NCBI GenBank assembly: GCA_028534125.1 | Contig: CM052817.1 | Location: forward strand, 87,856,001 to 87,920,000 | Source: Lama glama | Taxonomy: Eukaryota | Length of the DNA: 64,000 bases | Reading direction: 5' to 3' | Shown: in pieces, positions 1 to 13,436 of the stretch | Position numbering within the stretch: the first letter of the stretch is position 1 | How the letters are laid out: the number at the start of each line of letters is the position of its first letter | The notes under the pieces: generated by a model | Seen by the model: the letters and a program-made list of their open reading frames with translations, nothing else | What the model was told of the DNA's origin: nothing | The model's database searches: none | Program-made: the position numbers and the translations under genes

Positions 1-370
1 ATTTTGTTAGATTTATACCTGAGTATTTCCTTTAGTTTGGTTCCAAGGTAAATAGTACTTTATTTTAAATTTCAAAACATATTAACCTAGTATTCTGTAA
101 TCTTGCTGTAATCCCTTATTAGCTCTAGGAGTTCTTTTTGGGCTATTCATTGGGGTTTTCTAGTGAGACAATCTTTTATCTGTGAATGAAGACTGTTTAA
201 TTTCTTCTTTCTCAGTGTGTACTTTTACTTCCTTGTCTTATTGCATTGACTAGGATTTCCAGTATTATACAAAACTGGAGTGGAATAAAGGACATTTTTG
301 CTTTCTTTCCAGTTTTATGGGGAAAGCATCTAGTTTCTCACCATTAAGAACGATGTTAGCTAGAGGTTTC
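1..370 (-). mobile_element. Old L1 (L1M-type) ORF2 fragment
   Basis: Matches the antisense L1 ORF2 pattern (e.g. ggggaaagcatctagtttctcaccattaag...atgttagct); degraded, no ORF. Confidence 0.75.
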
Positions 371-829
371 TATTTTCCTCTTTTTTATACCTTCTCTTGC
401 TTTACCTGAGCATTTTTTATTATTCCAATTTAACTCATCAACTGACATTATTTAGACTTCTTTTTTAAATAGAAATAGTTTTTAGGTACTAGAAATATGT
501 TAGTACTATAACAGAAAAAAATTTTAAATGTTAGAATAAAAGTTAAAATCATGCAAAACTTATATTAAAAACTCACAATCTCTTCACCTCCAAAGAAGAA
601 TAAACTTTGAAAAAGACATAAATAAAAGCAATATGATAAAAATGTGCTTCTCAGACATGGTTTCTCAGATATGTAAAGGATCTTAGACAATCTCTAAGAT
701 GTAAAAAAGTAGTAAAATGATCACCATGAAACATTGCATGATTCATTTATTCAGATTTCCCAGAGAACTTTGAAAATTAGCTGAAGTAATCTATTATCTC
801 TATATGTCACTTTGGAACCAAATGTATTA

Positions 830-1215
830 TTTTGAGTATAGCTTAAGCTGCCTTAACAAAGAATTTCAAAACATGCATTTTAAATAGGACAGACATTTAT
901 CTTTATTCTCACATAGCAGTTCAGACGAGAGGAAGCTGTAGCTTCATCAGTTCATTAAGGGTCTCAATCTTTCAATCTTATTTCACATTCATTATTAGTG
1001 CTGCCCATGTCTACACAGTCACACCTTTTGTCACCACCACATATCGATTCCAGGTTCAGGGCAAATAACCTAAGAGTGAGTTACTTTACTTCTACTTGTA
1101 TTTCACTAGCAAGAACTTTACTTCTACTTATATTTCACTAGCAAGAACTTAATACTTAGTTGCAAAGGGAGACTGGGAAATAAGGTATTTAGCTAGGAAG
1201 TCATGTGCACAACAA
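830..1215. mobile_element. Ancient MaLR LTR (MLT1J/K-like)
   Basis: Motifs gctgccttaacaaa... and agttgcaaagggagactgggaaataagg resemble old MLT1 consensus. Confidence 0.55.
1084..1147 (+). repeat. 32-bp tandem duplication (2 copies, 1 mismatch)
   Basis: ctttacttctacttgtatttcactagcaagaa at 1084-1115, repeated at 1116-1147. Confidence 0.95.
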
Positions 1216-3149
1216 AGACTCACAAGCAGAGGATGGGGAGTATCCATCAGAAAATAAAAATAAGAGGATGGTAGAATAAATCCAATTCTCACACCAAACA
1301 TTTAATTTTAAAAATGAATCTATCTTTGTATGTATGTTGGTGTCTGTTTTAATAATAGAAAAACAGTAGAATTTTATCAGTTGCAGGTGTTGAAAGATTA
1401 AATAAGTGAATATTACTTAGGGGTAAAGATTAAACTTTGAAGTACTAAATTATATTATATTCAAGTTTTCTATAAAGTGTAAGTCATATATATGATTTCT
1501 ATATATTAATATTAAATTATGTATATTTTAATTATTTCCATTATATATGTAAGCACTATAGCCAGGTATTGAAAAACAGTAGTAGAAATATTAGTATTAC
1601 TGAAACTATAAAAATATGGGCAGCATTTATAATTCCTGCAGGTAGTACTCAGCAAGATTGACTAAGGCATGACTTATTTATTTTCTGTAAAGTAGATAAG
1701 GACTTCTGGCAAACTGGAAATTGAATATCAAATCTCTAAAATAAAACCTAATTATACAGAGCAATTTTATTTTTTTCTCACTGTGAAATTATCTCGGTTT
1801 ATTTAAGCTTGTAACTTTAGCAAAGATTATAGCTAAAAATACTAGAAGGAATATATATATATATATAGTATACATAAATAAAACATATATATAAAATTCT
1901 GTACATATGTGTACATTCACACATTTGCAGACAAAATATCTGAATTAATTTATTCTAGGATAGGTAAATGTGGCAAAGAGCACTTAGAAGACTTAATGAG
2001 GCTAAATAAAATAATTATGTTTGTATCCGCAGCATCAAGTTCCCCCAAACTGCCTCCTGGCATTGCAGAGACCTTGGCATATGTGAGCTTAGGTCATAAT
2101 ACTCAAAATCAAGGAGCTGACAGACCAAATTTTCTTCCTGAGATTTTGCTCATTAGCCAAACAGGAACGCTTAGGGCATCAGGTCACTGCTTGAATTCCT
2201 GAACAACACCTGACTTTGGGATATGACCCCATGATAGCTCATTGAAAGTGTCTAAATACTTGTACGTGGTATTATGGAGCACAGATGACAACTTAGGCAG
2301 AAGGATTTTTTTTTTCTTCTTTCTGTCATGTATTTTTGACAGTTTTACAGTCTAACAGCAACCTTCAGATTCCATCTTAACTTTTTGTTTGTTGCACTAC
2401 CATAAACTTTGTTCCTCTGACTTTTTAAAGTTTCTTGTGGACATTACTACAACAATCTTTGATAAGTTTCAAATTGGATGAAAATATTTACATATTAACT
2501 TGGGGAAGTAAAAACAGTTATATTAATTTTAAGAAAAGCATGTTTTCTTAAACAGCTGTTGTTACACATATTGAATTATTTGCAACATTGTTTTATGATA
2601 CTGTAAGTTTTCAGATTAATGTGCTGTTTTTCAGACTATATCTAATGCTCCCTACCATCTATGAAAAGAGGTGCTATTTAAGGGTGTTCATTGCTTTTAA
2701 ACTGTACTATAAAGAGATAGAAATAAAAATACTCTGAACTCTCTTAGAAGACATATAGGAAAACATATAACTTAAGCCAAAATATATAGAACATTGTAAA
2801 ATCATATATGAGTCTTGTAAACTGTGTACAATCAGCAGAAATCCCCCACCCTGTCTCCCTTACTGTCCAACAATGTATCCTCCCCTATTAAGTAAGGCAA
2901 TCACAAGAGACCTAATTCAATTTCTCAATTCTATAATAGTGAAATGCATGTGTCAATCTATCTCTTCCATTCTTTTTCCATTTGTAATAGAAGAAGTATT
3001 AGTTCTCATGCCAGAAATAATTTTTCTATTTGTGTTTTGGGACCTATTTTTTTTTCCCTCACCAGCACACAATGGACAAACGTTTCTTGTCTATAATCAA
3101 TTCTTTCTCTTAAGAGATGCCTTCCCATTAACAATTAAAGAGATATAGA

Positions 3150-3508
3150 TCAATCCATTAAACAAACAACAGCAAAACAAATTCTACCCTGTGTTTTCTC
3201 TAACTAAATATCTCTTCATATACACAGTCATAATTATTGAGAAATTTATTTCTACTCCTTGTCTCCATGACTTACTACACAATTCAATGTATTCTGAAAA
3301 CAGTACCCCCAATATAACTTAGATTTGTTTGTAAGAATCAGAAATGACCTCAGTATTACTAGTCAAGTGTGGATTTTTTCAGTAATTTTCTCAACTTTCC
3401 CATTAGCAGTATTTGAGATGTTCTTGACCAGTGCTTCATGCTCCGATACCTTAACTCCTGTCACAGCTTATTCATAGTCATAAATTCAGTTGTATACTGG
3501 AAATCTCC
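3150..3508 (+). mobile_element. L2 LINE fragment, left of the LTR insertion
   Basis: aatgacctcagtattactagtcaa...ttagcagtatttgag resembles degraded L2 ORF2. Confidence 0.45.
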
Positions 3509-3513
3509 ATTTG

Positions 3514-4290
3514 TGGGTTCATCACCAGTTGTGGGTTCTGGCTGGCAGAAGTCCCACCGAGATGGAATGAATTACACAAGACTCTGTGGAAAAAAGTCAA
3601 GAGAACGAGAGGGAGTCGGGAGCCAACTCCACGAACCTCTCAAATGCTCCCACATTTATTGTGTACAATCAAAGGAGAAATCACTGACAGTTGTGTGATG
3701 GAATGCAGGAATTTAGGGAAAGACAGGGTGGGATCATGATCGTAGAGTCTGGCTCAAGGTCAGAAGACCCTTTATGTTTCAGTAGATCATGTTCGTGTTG
3801 GCACCAGTGAGCCTTACAGTTTATTGGGGCAAAACGTATGAGAAGCAGCTGCTTAACATTTTTCTTGGACTCAGGCGGCTATGCCTGTCTTAGGTTGCCC
3901 CACTCTGGGGATCTTACCTGTCATTGGCTAATCAGCCTTCTCACCTCTGAATCTGCAGCTTTTTATAACTTGTTTACCATTCCAGCCCAAGACTCGCTGC
4001 TTTGGCCCCATAATCGGGGGCCTACAGTTTATCTTTAGGGAAGTCATGGGAAGAGGGGAGCAAGATACATTCTTATAGATATGTTAAAGCAGACCACCAG
4101 ACCAGCCAGTTCCTTGCTTTGGGGATAGAAGACTATCTAACAGCAGGCAAGCCCAGCGTTTATAGCCAAGGGCCTGTGTCGTTGCTTTAAAATGAGCAGA
4201 GTGCTATCTAAAACCTCAACTATGCAAGCAAGGCAGTTACTAAGCACATTTGCTCTTCTTTAAGGAGACAAGCGGCTGGGGTCTGTTACA
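3514..4290 (-). mobile_element. Solo ERV LTR, about 777 bp
   Basis: TG...CA termini flanked by ATTTG at 3509-3513 and 4291-4295; minus-strand AATAAA near 3655-3660; GC and CpG higher than flanks. Left boundary slightly ambiguous because tgtgggttc occurs twice. Confidence 0.75.
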
Positions 4291-4419
4291 ATTTGTTAAC
4301 CCAACCATAGGCTCGAACATCCATTTAGACAGTTTTCAGGAAACTTTAAACAAGATGTCACCCTGCGTTTCCCCACTGCTAACAAATCAGTCCCTTTGTG
4401 TGTGTGTTTTTAGTTTACT

Positions 4420-4930
4420 GTCCACTCAACTGCCCATGAAACCTGACTCATTGTTGACCCCATCTTTTACTCCCCTAACTCACGTTAAATAATCCATCAA
4501 AATTCTATTTCCTAAAGATAGTTCAAATCTCTTCACTTATATCCATCATCTCAGTTGCCAGCTTCACTTGGGTCACATATTTTATGATCTTGACTAATCT
4601 TGTATTTCATTCCATGTATAGACCTCCTACCATAGAGATTCTCAACAGCAGTCTATTTTCCTCACTGCATACGCATTAATCTCGCTAAAGTTCAAATGCA
4701 ATCGTGTGATTCCACTTTTTAACGGCTTCCCATTTTCTTTAGCTACAATGGTAACTTTAAAATTTTGCATTGAATTTCTCAAGTATCTTAGACCCAGCAG
4801 ACATCTACAGCTTTTCCAAGTTTCCTCTTTACATCAATAACCCTTCTTCTACTGGTTTACAACTGTTCATAAGCACAACTCATAAGCTTCAATCCTTCCA
4901 ACGTTCACTTCTATGGCAAACTTCATTTTT
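4420..4930 (+). mobile_element. L2 LINE fragment, right of the LTR insertion
   Basis: C/T-rich L2-like motifs (aaatgcaatcgtgtgattccac...aacggcttccc). Confidence 0.45.
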
Positions 4931-7089
4931 TTTTTAGGTTAAATGTTAACATTTATTGTAGTACTTTATTTAACAAATGTAAAACTATGCTACCACTTCT
5001 GCTAGATTCCTGTGTTTTTATTTTTTGGATATCACTGAAAACATTTTTGAATCTTATGTCCTAACCTCACTTTCCCCAAAAGTTGTATGATTTTTATTGT
5101 GTAATTTTGCATAGTGTTGTGATTTTCAGGAATACATAGGTTGGATCATAAGAAAATTGACTACACTATTATTTTTGTCATTTTACATATGATAAAATAA
5201 GATGACTAACAAAATTCAATAATCTTTTTGACACTATGTAGTATTATAGAGCTCTTAGTGGAGGGGGACTAGCTCAAAAGTATATTCGTATAAGAAGTCA
5301 TCATAAAATACATGTATTTTCACCATTTTATTATTAGCATCTATAAAGAATAAAGATTTTTAGTTGAATTAGTGAACAGAAGAGTTTAAACACAAAGTCA
5401 GAATGGAAACATAATTCAGGAATCTTTAAACATATCTCTCAGGTTAATTTTCCTATTCTGAGTTCCTTGGTAACATATTGTTATGTTTGTATTGTAAATT
5501 TAGGATTTGAACCATTATGTATCATTAAGTAAGAAATAAACTGATAGACTATTGTACATAGTATGATGCTACTGGCATTTTTATATGAACAACACAGACA
5601 TCTATAAGCAAAAGACATATAACTTTTGCTGATATTTTTCTTTTTTACATCTGTATGTTCCTTTACAATGTGAAACATTGTAAAGTAACACAATATTAAC
5701 TCTTATTTATTTAGTTTCAACTTACTTGATTTAACTTCCAAGGATACAAAACACTTTTTAAGATGAGGTATTTATTTGCTTTAAGTATTTCACTTGTTAA
5801 AAGATATTTTTACCTCAAAGGGAATGAATATCATGTTCAAGGTAATACATTTCTCATAAATGAATTCTAAAGGAGTTATATTTTCCATAGTGATGACATT
5901 CATGCTTCAGTACACTCTAAACATCAAATATTTTTCAGTTATTTAACCCCAAAATACATGCTGTTGAATTTTCAAAAGAAATTATATATTATCTAAATAT
6001 TTGAGCTTCCCAAAACTAATTGAATATTTTAGAGTTAAATATAAGGAGAAAAATGCATTTTAAAATATTTTCTATAGTACAATGTTACTATCCAAGAAAA
6101 TATTAGTTATTTGTTTATGAAGTAATTATCAAAAGTAAATTTTATTGAAGGATTGCTAATATATGCTCATCAGTACTGTTACATTACTTTTTGATAAAAA
6201 CACTAGAGAGTCTCTTTTAAAGAATGGTAACATAGAGGAACGATATAAACAAGACAGAATAATTTCGTTAATTATTAAAGAAAAATATTTTGCATAGTTA
6301 CTGGCTTATAGGTAGCTATATGAATTTGTAGTTCCTCCAATGGCCGAATTGTAGCAGTAAAGTGATCTGCCAAAGATTTTTTTTTTCATGTGTGAATGAA
6401 GTGTTGTAACAGGACACTGCAGAGATTCAGAGGGTAAGTGAAAAAAACATTTAATGAAGTCATACTATAGCATGTTAAGTAAATTTCATTTAATTTAAAA
6501 ATTTGTAAATTTTGAAAGTTTTCCAAGACTCATAGCATTGAAAACAATTTAATTTAAAATCAGATACCTAGCTAATTTACTGGTTTATTTCTAGTACCTC
6601 ACAAACATAAAGGATGGAAAAGATGCTGAGAGTAGCTTATTTCTACTTTAATTATTCCTGGTTTTGTTCTGTTTTGAGTTATGAGTCCTTTTGATAATTT
6701 CTTCAGTAATCCCTAAAATGTATGAATATTAATACTAGAAAATAAGAGAATATATACATATACACACACATACATTGTATGTGTGTGTGTGTATATATAT
6801 ATATAAAATATTTTGGGATTCATTCTTAGTAAAAATTTTGAAATATAACTGTATATTAATGTAACACATTTGATTACATTTAATATCACCCTTCGCCCCT
6901 CCCCAAAGTCTCTTTGAAATAGGGAGGAGGAATGTTTATGTATTTGGGTACTGGAAAAAGAACCTGATTCAGATTATATTTTAGTTAGTATTAAGTCTGT
7001 ATGCAATGCTGGTCTCTTCAGACATCTTATTTTTCCCCCACAAAATTACATTATTATGATATAAAACATCATAACATATGAAATCTGTA

Positions 7090-7250
7090 AATATAGATTC
7101 AAATATCATGTGAACCACTGACTGTGTGACTTTGAACAGGTTACTTAATTTCCTTAAGGCTCATATCCTCATTTGTAAGATGTATAAGGCAGCAGGTAAT
7201 ATATATAATATCTGAGTAGTTCATAGTAAATCCTCCTTAATGTTGGGGTC
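7090..7250 (+). mobile_element. MIR SINE fragment
   Basis: Core motif ctgtgtgactttgaacaggttacttaatttcc...cctcatttgtaagatg. Confidence 0.7.
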
Positions 7251-10200
7251 TCTCCTTTCTCCATATTTCTTTTAGTTCTATGAAGTAAAACTGTTCTTAC
7301 AAATAAAAACAATGCATATGTATATATTCATATATGTGTGTGCATGTTCACATATATACATATGTATATACCTGTAGTAATCTTACATGTTGTCACAAAA
7401 ATTTGAAATATCCTTTTTTTCCCAAGTACTTCAAGGACCATTGAAAGAGTGTTGTAAAGTTGTAAAGTAACCTGAAGTTACTTTAGAAAAATTTAGTGTA
7501 AAACCAGATGTAAATTTGATAAATCCTTAAATTATGTGTATTTTAAAAGTCTATAAGGGTTTGACTTGAAAGGAAAGGTATACATATCATTCAAAATAGT
7601 CGTCTGGTAAATAGATTGACTGAATCCATTGAAGTGGTAAAGCAACCTATTTGGAAGCTGGCAGATAATAGCAACACTTGAACCCAGGGCATGAATGATA
7701 AGAGACTTCTCATTTGGAATAGATTAGTAGTCTCTGTTGGCATGTTATTTAAACAGCAAGATGAAAAATTATGCTGGCTACATGTGTTTCTAGATTTGCC
7801 ATCTTAGCTAAGTATGTTTAGTAAACAGTCTCAGCCTGCAGAGAAATAGCTGACATCATCTTGAAATGCTGATTTCCATTTCCTTAGTGACAAACTATAG
7901 AAATGATTCCTGAAAGTATAGTGTCAGTGGACATCTTTAAATTTGGGTTCTTAGAATTAAAGATGAGGATGAATGAGTCACTCAAACATAAATCATCAGT
8001 ATTTTTGTGCTGGGTTTCAGGAATAATCTTTATTAGTATTTGAAAAGTACTTAATGCTTAAATTCTGCACTTGTATTAGCTATGAGAAGTAACAGAAACC
8101 AGACATTGAAATATTTAAAGATAATCTAAGATTATCCATATTTGTAGGATAACTGACTATGTTAACTGCATGTAGGTAATAGTTAGAATGGTTTTGCTAG
8201 ATTAGGGTATTTGAAGAAAGTTGAATACATTACATGCATTAATTAAGTTTTAATTTCTTAAGACAATTTTCTTAAGTGCAAACCCCTCAAAGTGATTCAG
8301 AGATAAATGAATTTTATATGGGATAATAAGATTTTCTAATTTTGATTTAAAAGTAAAAATTTAGTTTTAAAATTTATTTCAGTAAATTGAATATTAATTT
8401 TTTAAAACACAAGAAGGTAAAAAGATTTTTTTGCCCCAAAAGCCAACTTCAAATACACCAAAACATAGGTTGTCAGGTAGATGCAAAAATATGTAATTTG
8501 AATTGATACAATTTCTGACACACTAAGTTATGTTTTGATTCTAAAAACCCTTTAACAAGTTCATTTGAGATAAACAGAAAAGATTACAACAAATTATTTT
8601 GAATATTTTATATATGTTAGCAAAAAATTAAATTTGTATATTGTCATCTCCTAGCAAATCTGATTACTAAGTGACCATCAATTTTTTCCCATTGTGTCAT
8701 AATATGTAGCTGTTTCTAGGTGATCTTTTTGCAGCCTGGAATCATCCACCAATACACATGGTTAGACCATGAGGACTTTTCTTGTAGTCTTTGTCAGATT
8801 TTATTATCAGAATAATGCAAATCCTTGAGATGATTTCTTTAAACATTTTGTCAGTTGAAAATCAACTATCTGTAAAATTATTAGGCAAAGTGAATCAAGT
8901 TCTAGATGAATATAGCCTGCTATTGAATGAAGTTTAGTGTTTGTCATATGATAACAAGCTCTATTTACTACGTACGAAGATCCACTGAGGTTCAAGAAGA
9001 AAGGATCTTGAACTCACCTCTCCATGGGGGGAGGATCTAGCTGTGCTATAAGAAGAGCATGTAAGAAGGGAGATAATGTGACCTTATGTAGAAAATACAA
9101 TTCTTATTAAACATTGTGGAAATGGAGACTCTGAGATGTAAAGCAGAACCTTCCCCAAATCACAGAATTTAGCAAGCGGCAGACCTAAATAAGTTTTGTA
9201 CATGTACAGATGACGTCTTTAAAATTTTTATTTTTGAGATTAATATTGAGAGTAATAATAATACTGTTCTCATGGATCCTAGTGTAAATGATTCTCATAG
9301 GCTGTTGCAGTATTTATTGTACAGTTATATTTAGTTATAAAACAATTATTCTTTACAGCCTCGTATTTCATCAGCTTAATGTATGTTTACCATAATACAA
9401 ATGTACAATACTGTATGATTATGATATTAAGTACTACTCTGGTAAACAAATTGGGGAACAAGCACAACTAAACCTTCTAAAAATAAAATTAATTGGTAGG
9501 ACCAAGAGTGTGTTGATTTGTTTGAGAATAGGTGAACCATGGGCATCAGTCCACTGTATTGAGTGAACTGAATGTCAGTTCATTAGGTGAGTTAGTTCAA
9601 AGAAGTCAGTTAAGAGCTTTTATCGCATTTGAAAATTTAGGAAGTCACATCATTAATTCAAATGTTAGAACCATTGCAGTAAATCACATACACAATATAT
9701 TATGTTCTATATATAGGACTATTTCATTAAATATAAAAATGAATTCTGAAGAAATAGTCCACGATTACTGTTCCAGGACGTTTTCTTTAGTAAAGGGTCA
9801 ACCTTTCCCTTGATGGATAGATAATGTCCTAGATCTTCTGTGAGTTGACTGAAAATAGTGTCATTCTTATCTGTGCATAAAATAAAGATTATGACCCAAC
9901 TGTCATGTAACACAAGGGATCATCTGTCTTTCCTTTTTTGAATCAAGGAATTTTGGCAGGAACATAATATTCCCTTCAAAATCAGTTTGTTCCTTTGACT
10001 TCTTTTTATAGACTCCATTTATCTGATTCTGTCTCTTCTACACAGTCTTTGGGCCTCCAGACTGATTAGATCCTAATTCTTTTGGCATGCTGTCAACATG
10101 TCCCGCTCAGAATAACTATTAAGCCTTTGCTTTTGCTACTCCCCTGCAATTTTCTTTCCCTTTCTGTGCTTCATTCCTCTGCTTTGTGATTTTCACCTAT

Positions 10201-11049
10201 TTTGCCTCAAGCTATCTCCTGACAATGTGTTACCACCTCTCTCTATGAATTTGTTTCTTCTCTGCCCAAGTAATTTATTTATGTCTCCTTAACTTCCCTG
10301 TCCCACCTCAACTCATGATCTAAACTATTAACTTTTGATGTAAACATACTTTTATTTTGTTTCAACTTACCATGAAATTCGAAAAGATTGAACATTTTAT
10401 TCTTAGTTATGCAAAAAGTACATTTTCAAGACTAAATGTCTTCCCCTATAAATACTCATGTTGCAACTACAATAAGCCAATATCCAAATATTAAGGGGAA
10501 TATCTCTTCATCTACTTAGCAGAAAAATTGAATACTTAAAATTTTTGCTAAGGTAAGCTAAATCATTCATTCTGATTTTTTTCAATCCCAATATTTTTAT
10601 GCAGTGGTAAAGTTAAAACTGAAATTTGAACAGATTTTCAACATCATATATTAGCTAGAGTACAGATTTTATCCAAAGATTTGTAAGTGTTCTCAGGAAA
10701 TAAAGTCGGGGCTACAATCAACAAAAATGCATTCTGTGGTGTTTTGCATCAAAAACATTCTTTCAAAAGGAAATTATAATGAAGTCAAAAATGCAGTTGA
10801 GGACAATTGATTAAATCCTTTCCTTTTATCTAATAACTGAGCTAAATCTTTGAGAACTAAGAGAACTTTTGAGAATTGAACTGAGCTGATAGCTTTGCAT
10901 ACTCATGCTGTCTATAAAAGAGGATGATGGCATATAGTTTTCAGATGTTCTCAATCTTCTGCTTTCCACTGTTTTTAGAGGAGTCCATATGTTTACTTAC
11001 TCAATTCACTACAAAGGAAGTAGTTTTCTTTTTCCTAATGTGGAAAGAA

Positions 11050-11440
11050 TTGTTGTGAACTGGGTTACCAGGAAACTAGAATCTGAGATGGAGATCATAT
11101 TAGCTTTTAGGGAGTTTACCTTCGAATGTTCGTGTATTCACTACCTGTACAAGGAAGAGAAAAGGACAGACGCAGGACTGGAGAGAGGAAAAAAAAAAGA
11201 AAAACTGGATTATGCTATAGTCTCAGTAAAGATCTCAGCTGATCCCTTTGAAATGAGAGTGGCCCTTCGAAATTATACAAAATTGGGGTGAGGAGACTAG
11301 ATTTTTGTACTATGTTGAGCAGTCATTGGATGAGCAGGTCCTGGTAAAGAGAAGTGACCTTGGAGGAGGCAATACTTATCAGCAAAAGTGACTTCAGAGA
11401 ACTTACAGGGGAATCTGGGAGGAAAACTCCCATCATGAAC
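11050..11440 (-). mobile_element. ERVL LTR, LTR16-like
   Basis: gggttaccaggaaac...tctgagatggaga, ggcccttc, cagtcattggatg and gtgaccttgg follow the reverse LTR16 consensus in order. Confidence 0.65.
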
Positions 11441-11699
11441 TGAAGAAATAATTACTCAAATAAAGTAAAAATAGAAACATTTTAGGAAAAATAGTGGCAC
11501 TGTTCTATAGCTACAGGATCAGTCAGTCATTCAATGTTCTATCCTTCCCTGCTTCCCCCTTTGCCCCTTTCTTTCTTGCTAGCTCTCTCTCTGTTTGTTC
11601 ATATTTCCTTGAAAGAATTTTTTTTACGTATTTAAAACACACACAAGAGTGAACAAACTTTTACAGTGAACAGATATGCTATTCACTTAGATTTTACTT

Positions 11700-11790
11700 G
11701 CTTTTTAAAATTTACTTTTTATTTACATCAGGTAAAATTCACATTTTTCCGTTGGCCAATATTGTAAATTTTAACAAATTCATGGAATAG
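11700..11790 (-). mobile_element. Old L1 3' end, continues at about 14170
   Basis: ggtaaaattcacattttt...attttaacaaat matches the antisense L1MB/MC 3' terminus pattern. Confidence 0.5.
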
Positions 11791-12150
11791 TGTCTTCTTC
11801 AGGCTGCTACACAGAATATCATACACTGGCTGCCTTGTAAACAAGAGAAATTTATTTCCCCTAATTCTGGATAGATGGGAAGTCCAAAAATCAAGGCCCT
11901 GTTTTTGGAGTCCATCGTTTTGCTATCTGGTGAAGGCCCACTTCCTCACTGATAGCCTTAGTCCTCTATAACCTCACAAGGAGAAAGAGGCAAAGGAGCT
12001 TTTGGGCCTTTTTTATACAAGTGAAAAATCTCACTTATAAGGGCTTTACCTTTATAACCTAATCACCTGCCAAAGGACCCCACTTTCTAACACTATCACC
12101 TTGAAAGTTAAAATTTCAACATATGAACCTAGAGAGGGGTAGATATTCAG
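11790..12150 (-). mobile_element. MaLR LTR (MLT1A-like)
   Basis: caggctgctacacagaatatcatacactgg, gggaagtccaaaaatcaagg and acctaatcacctgccaaagg...aatttcaacatatgaa. Confidence 0.85.
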
Positions 12151-12480
12151 CATTCTGCCCCTGGCCATCCAAAATCCATGTTCTTCCCATATGCAAAATA
12201 CATTTAATCCATCCTAAAAGCCACTAAGCCTTAGCTCATTCCAGCATCAACTCAAAAGCATGAAGTCCAAGTCTTGTCTGAACATCATCTAAATTTGACA
12301 TGGGTGTAACTCAAGATGTGATTCATTCAGAGGCAAATTGCTCTCCAGCTGTGAATCGGTGAAATCAAACATGTTATGTGCTTCCAAAATGCAATGGTGT
12401 GACAGGCAGAGGAAAGTCACTCCCATACCAAAAGAGGGAAGTACAAAAAGAAGAAAGCATGAGGAGCTCAAAGTGGCTGG
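12151..12480 (-). mobile_element. MLT1 internal sequence, 3' part
   Basis: cattctgcccctggccatccaaaatccatgttc...atgcaaaatacatt directly follows the LTR, as in MaLR internal regions. Confidence 0.75.
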
Positions 12481-12489
12481 GGGGAAAGC

Positions 12490-13190
12490 TTAACTTATAG
12501 TTCAGTGAATGATTGTATCTGCTGGTGAAGCATTCCTGCCTCTGAAACTAAGACTTCTAGCCAGCAGAACATAAATTCATAGGCACAGGAAGAAGAACTT
12601 TTGCTAGTGGGACAACTAGGGGTAACAGTGAATGGTACTACTTCCATTTCTATTCCTTGATTTTTAGACCTATGAGCCCTGGCTTTGGGAGAAACAGCAT
12701 TATGTATTGGACTCTGATTCAGAACATACATGGTTTTCTGGAGACCCCTGTTTCAGCTCTGCAAGGTAGTGCCACCTAGCTGATGTTGTAACTGAGTCTC
12801 AAAAACGTCATTCCACCAGCTGCTGCAGAATAGTGGGGACATGGAAAGACCCTACTTTTCTGTGAGTTCTATGAGCATGGGCCCATTGCCTCACTTCTTT
12901 TGCTATGAATAGTTCTTTGATCAAAAACAATGTTGTGTGGAGTACCATGATGGTGGATAAGGCATTCTCTGACCCCAAAACTGATAGTTTGGGCAGAAGC
13001 ATTGCATGCAGGGAAGATAAATCCATATGCAATGTATCTACTCCATTAAAGACAAAATGCTGCCCGTTCTATAATAGAAGCATTCCAATGTAATCAGCCC
13101 ACCATCAGGTAGCTGGTTGATTGCCCTGGGAAACTGTGCCATACTGGGGACCCTGTTGGTCTCCACTGCTGGCAGATTGAGCACTTACTA
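12490..13190 (-). pseudogene. Degraded ERV-L pol integrase remnant
   Basis: Minus strand with frameshifts reads CSICQQWRPT..YGTVSQGNQPAT*WWADYIG..QHFVFNGVDT..GFIFPACNASA..FIAKEVRQWAHAH..YVLNQSPIHNAVSPKARAHRSKNQGIE, collinear with ERV-L integrase (CxxC zinc motif, DYIG, AKEVRQWAHAH). Confidence 0.9.
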
Positions 13191-13436
13191 ACCATAGCTA
13201 AATTTCTCTCTCTTTTACTTTCAATGCCCTCACATTAACAGATGATACCCTATGAGGATGAGAATTTAACTTGCAGTATAATTCAGCCCATCACAGGATG
13301 AGATTATATATTTAATTTTTAGCAATTTTAGTTCTGTGACTTCAGGAGATAAGGCATACCCAGAAACTCTTAGGTTATTTTGGGGAGCTTAGTGGGGAAC
13401 TTGAAACCCTGAGTTCATCCTTTCCTTTCACCACTA

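Noticed and set aside
5258..5280. gagggggactagctcaa resembling a tRNA-derived SINE head
   Set aside because: Only about 17 nt; no B box, body or tail.
6425..6440. Consensus donor AGG|GTAAGT
   Set aside because: No convincing matching acceptor or recognisable coding frame upstream.
7463..7485. 9-bp stem hairpin taaagtaac/gttacttta
   Set aside because: Expected by chance in AT-rich DNA of this length.
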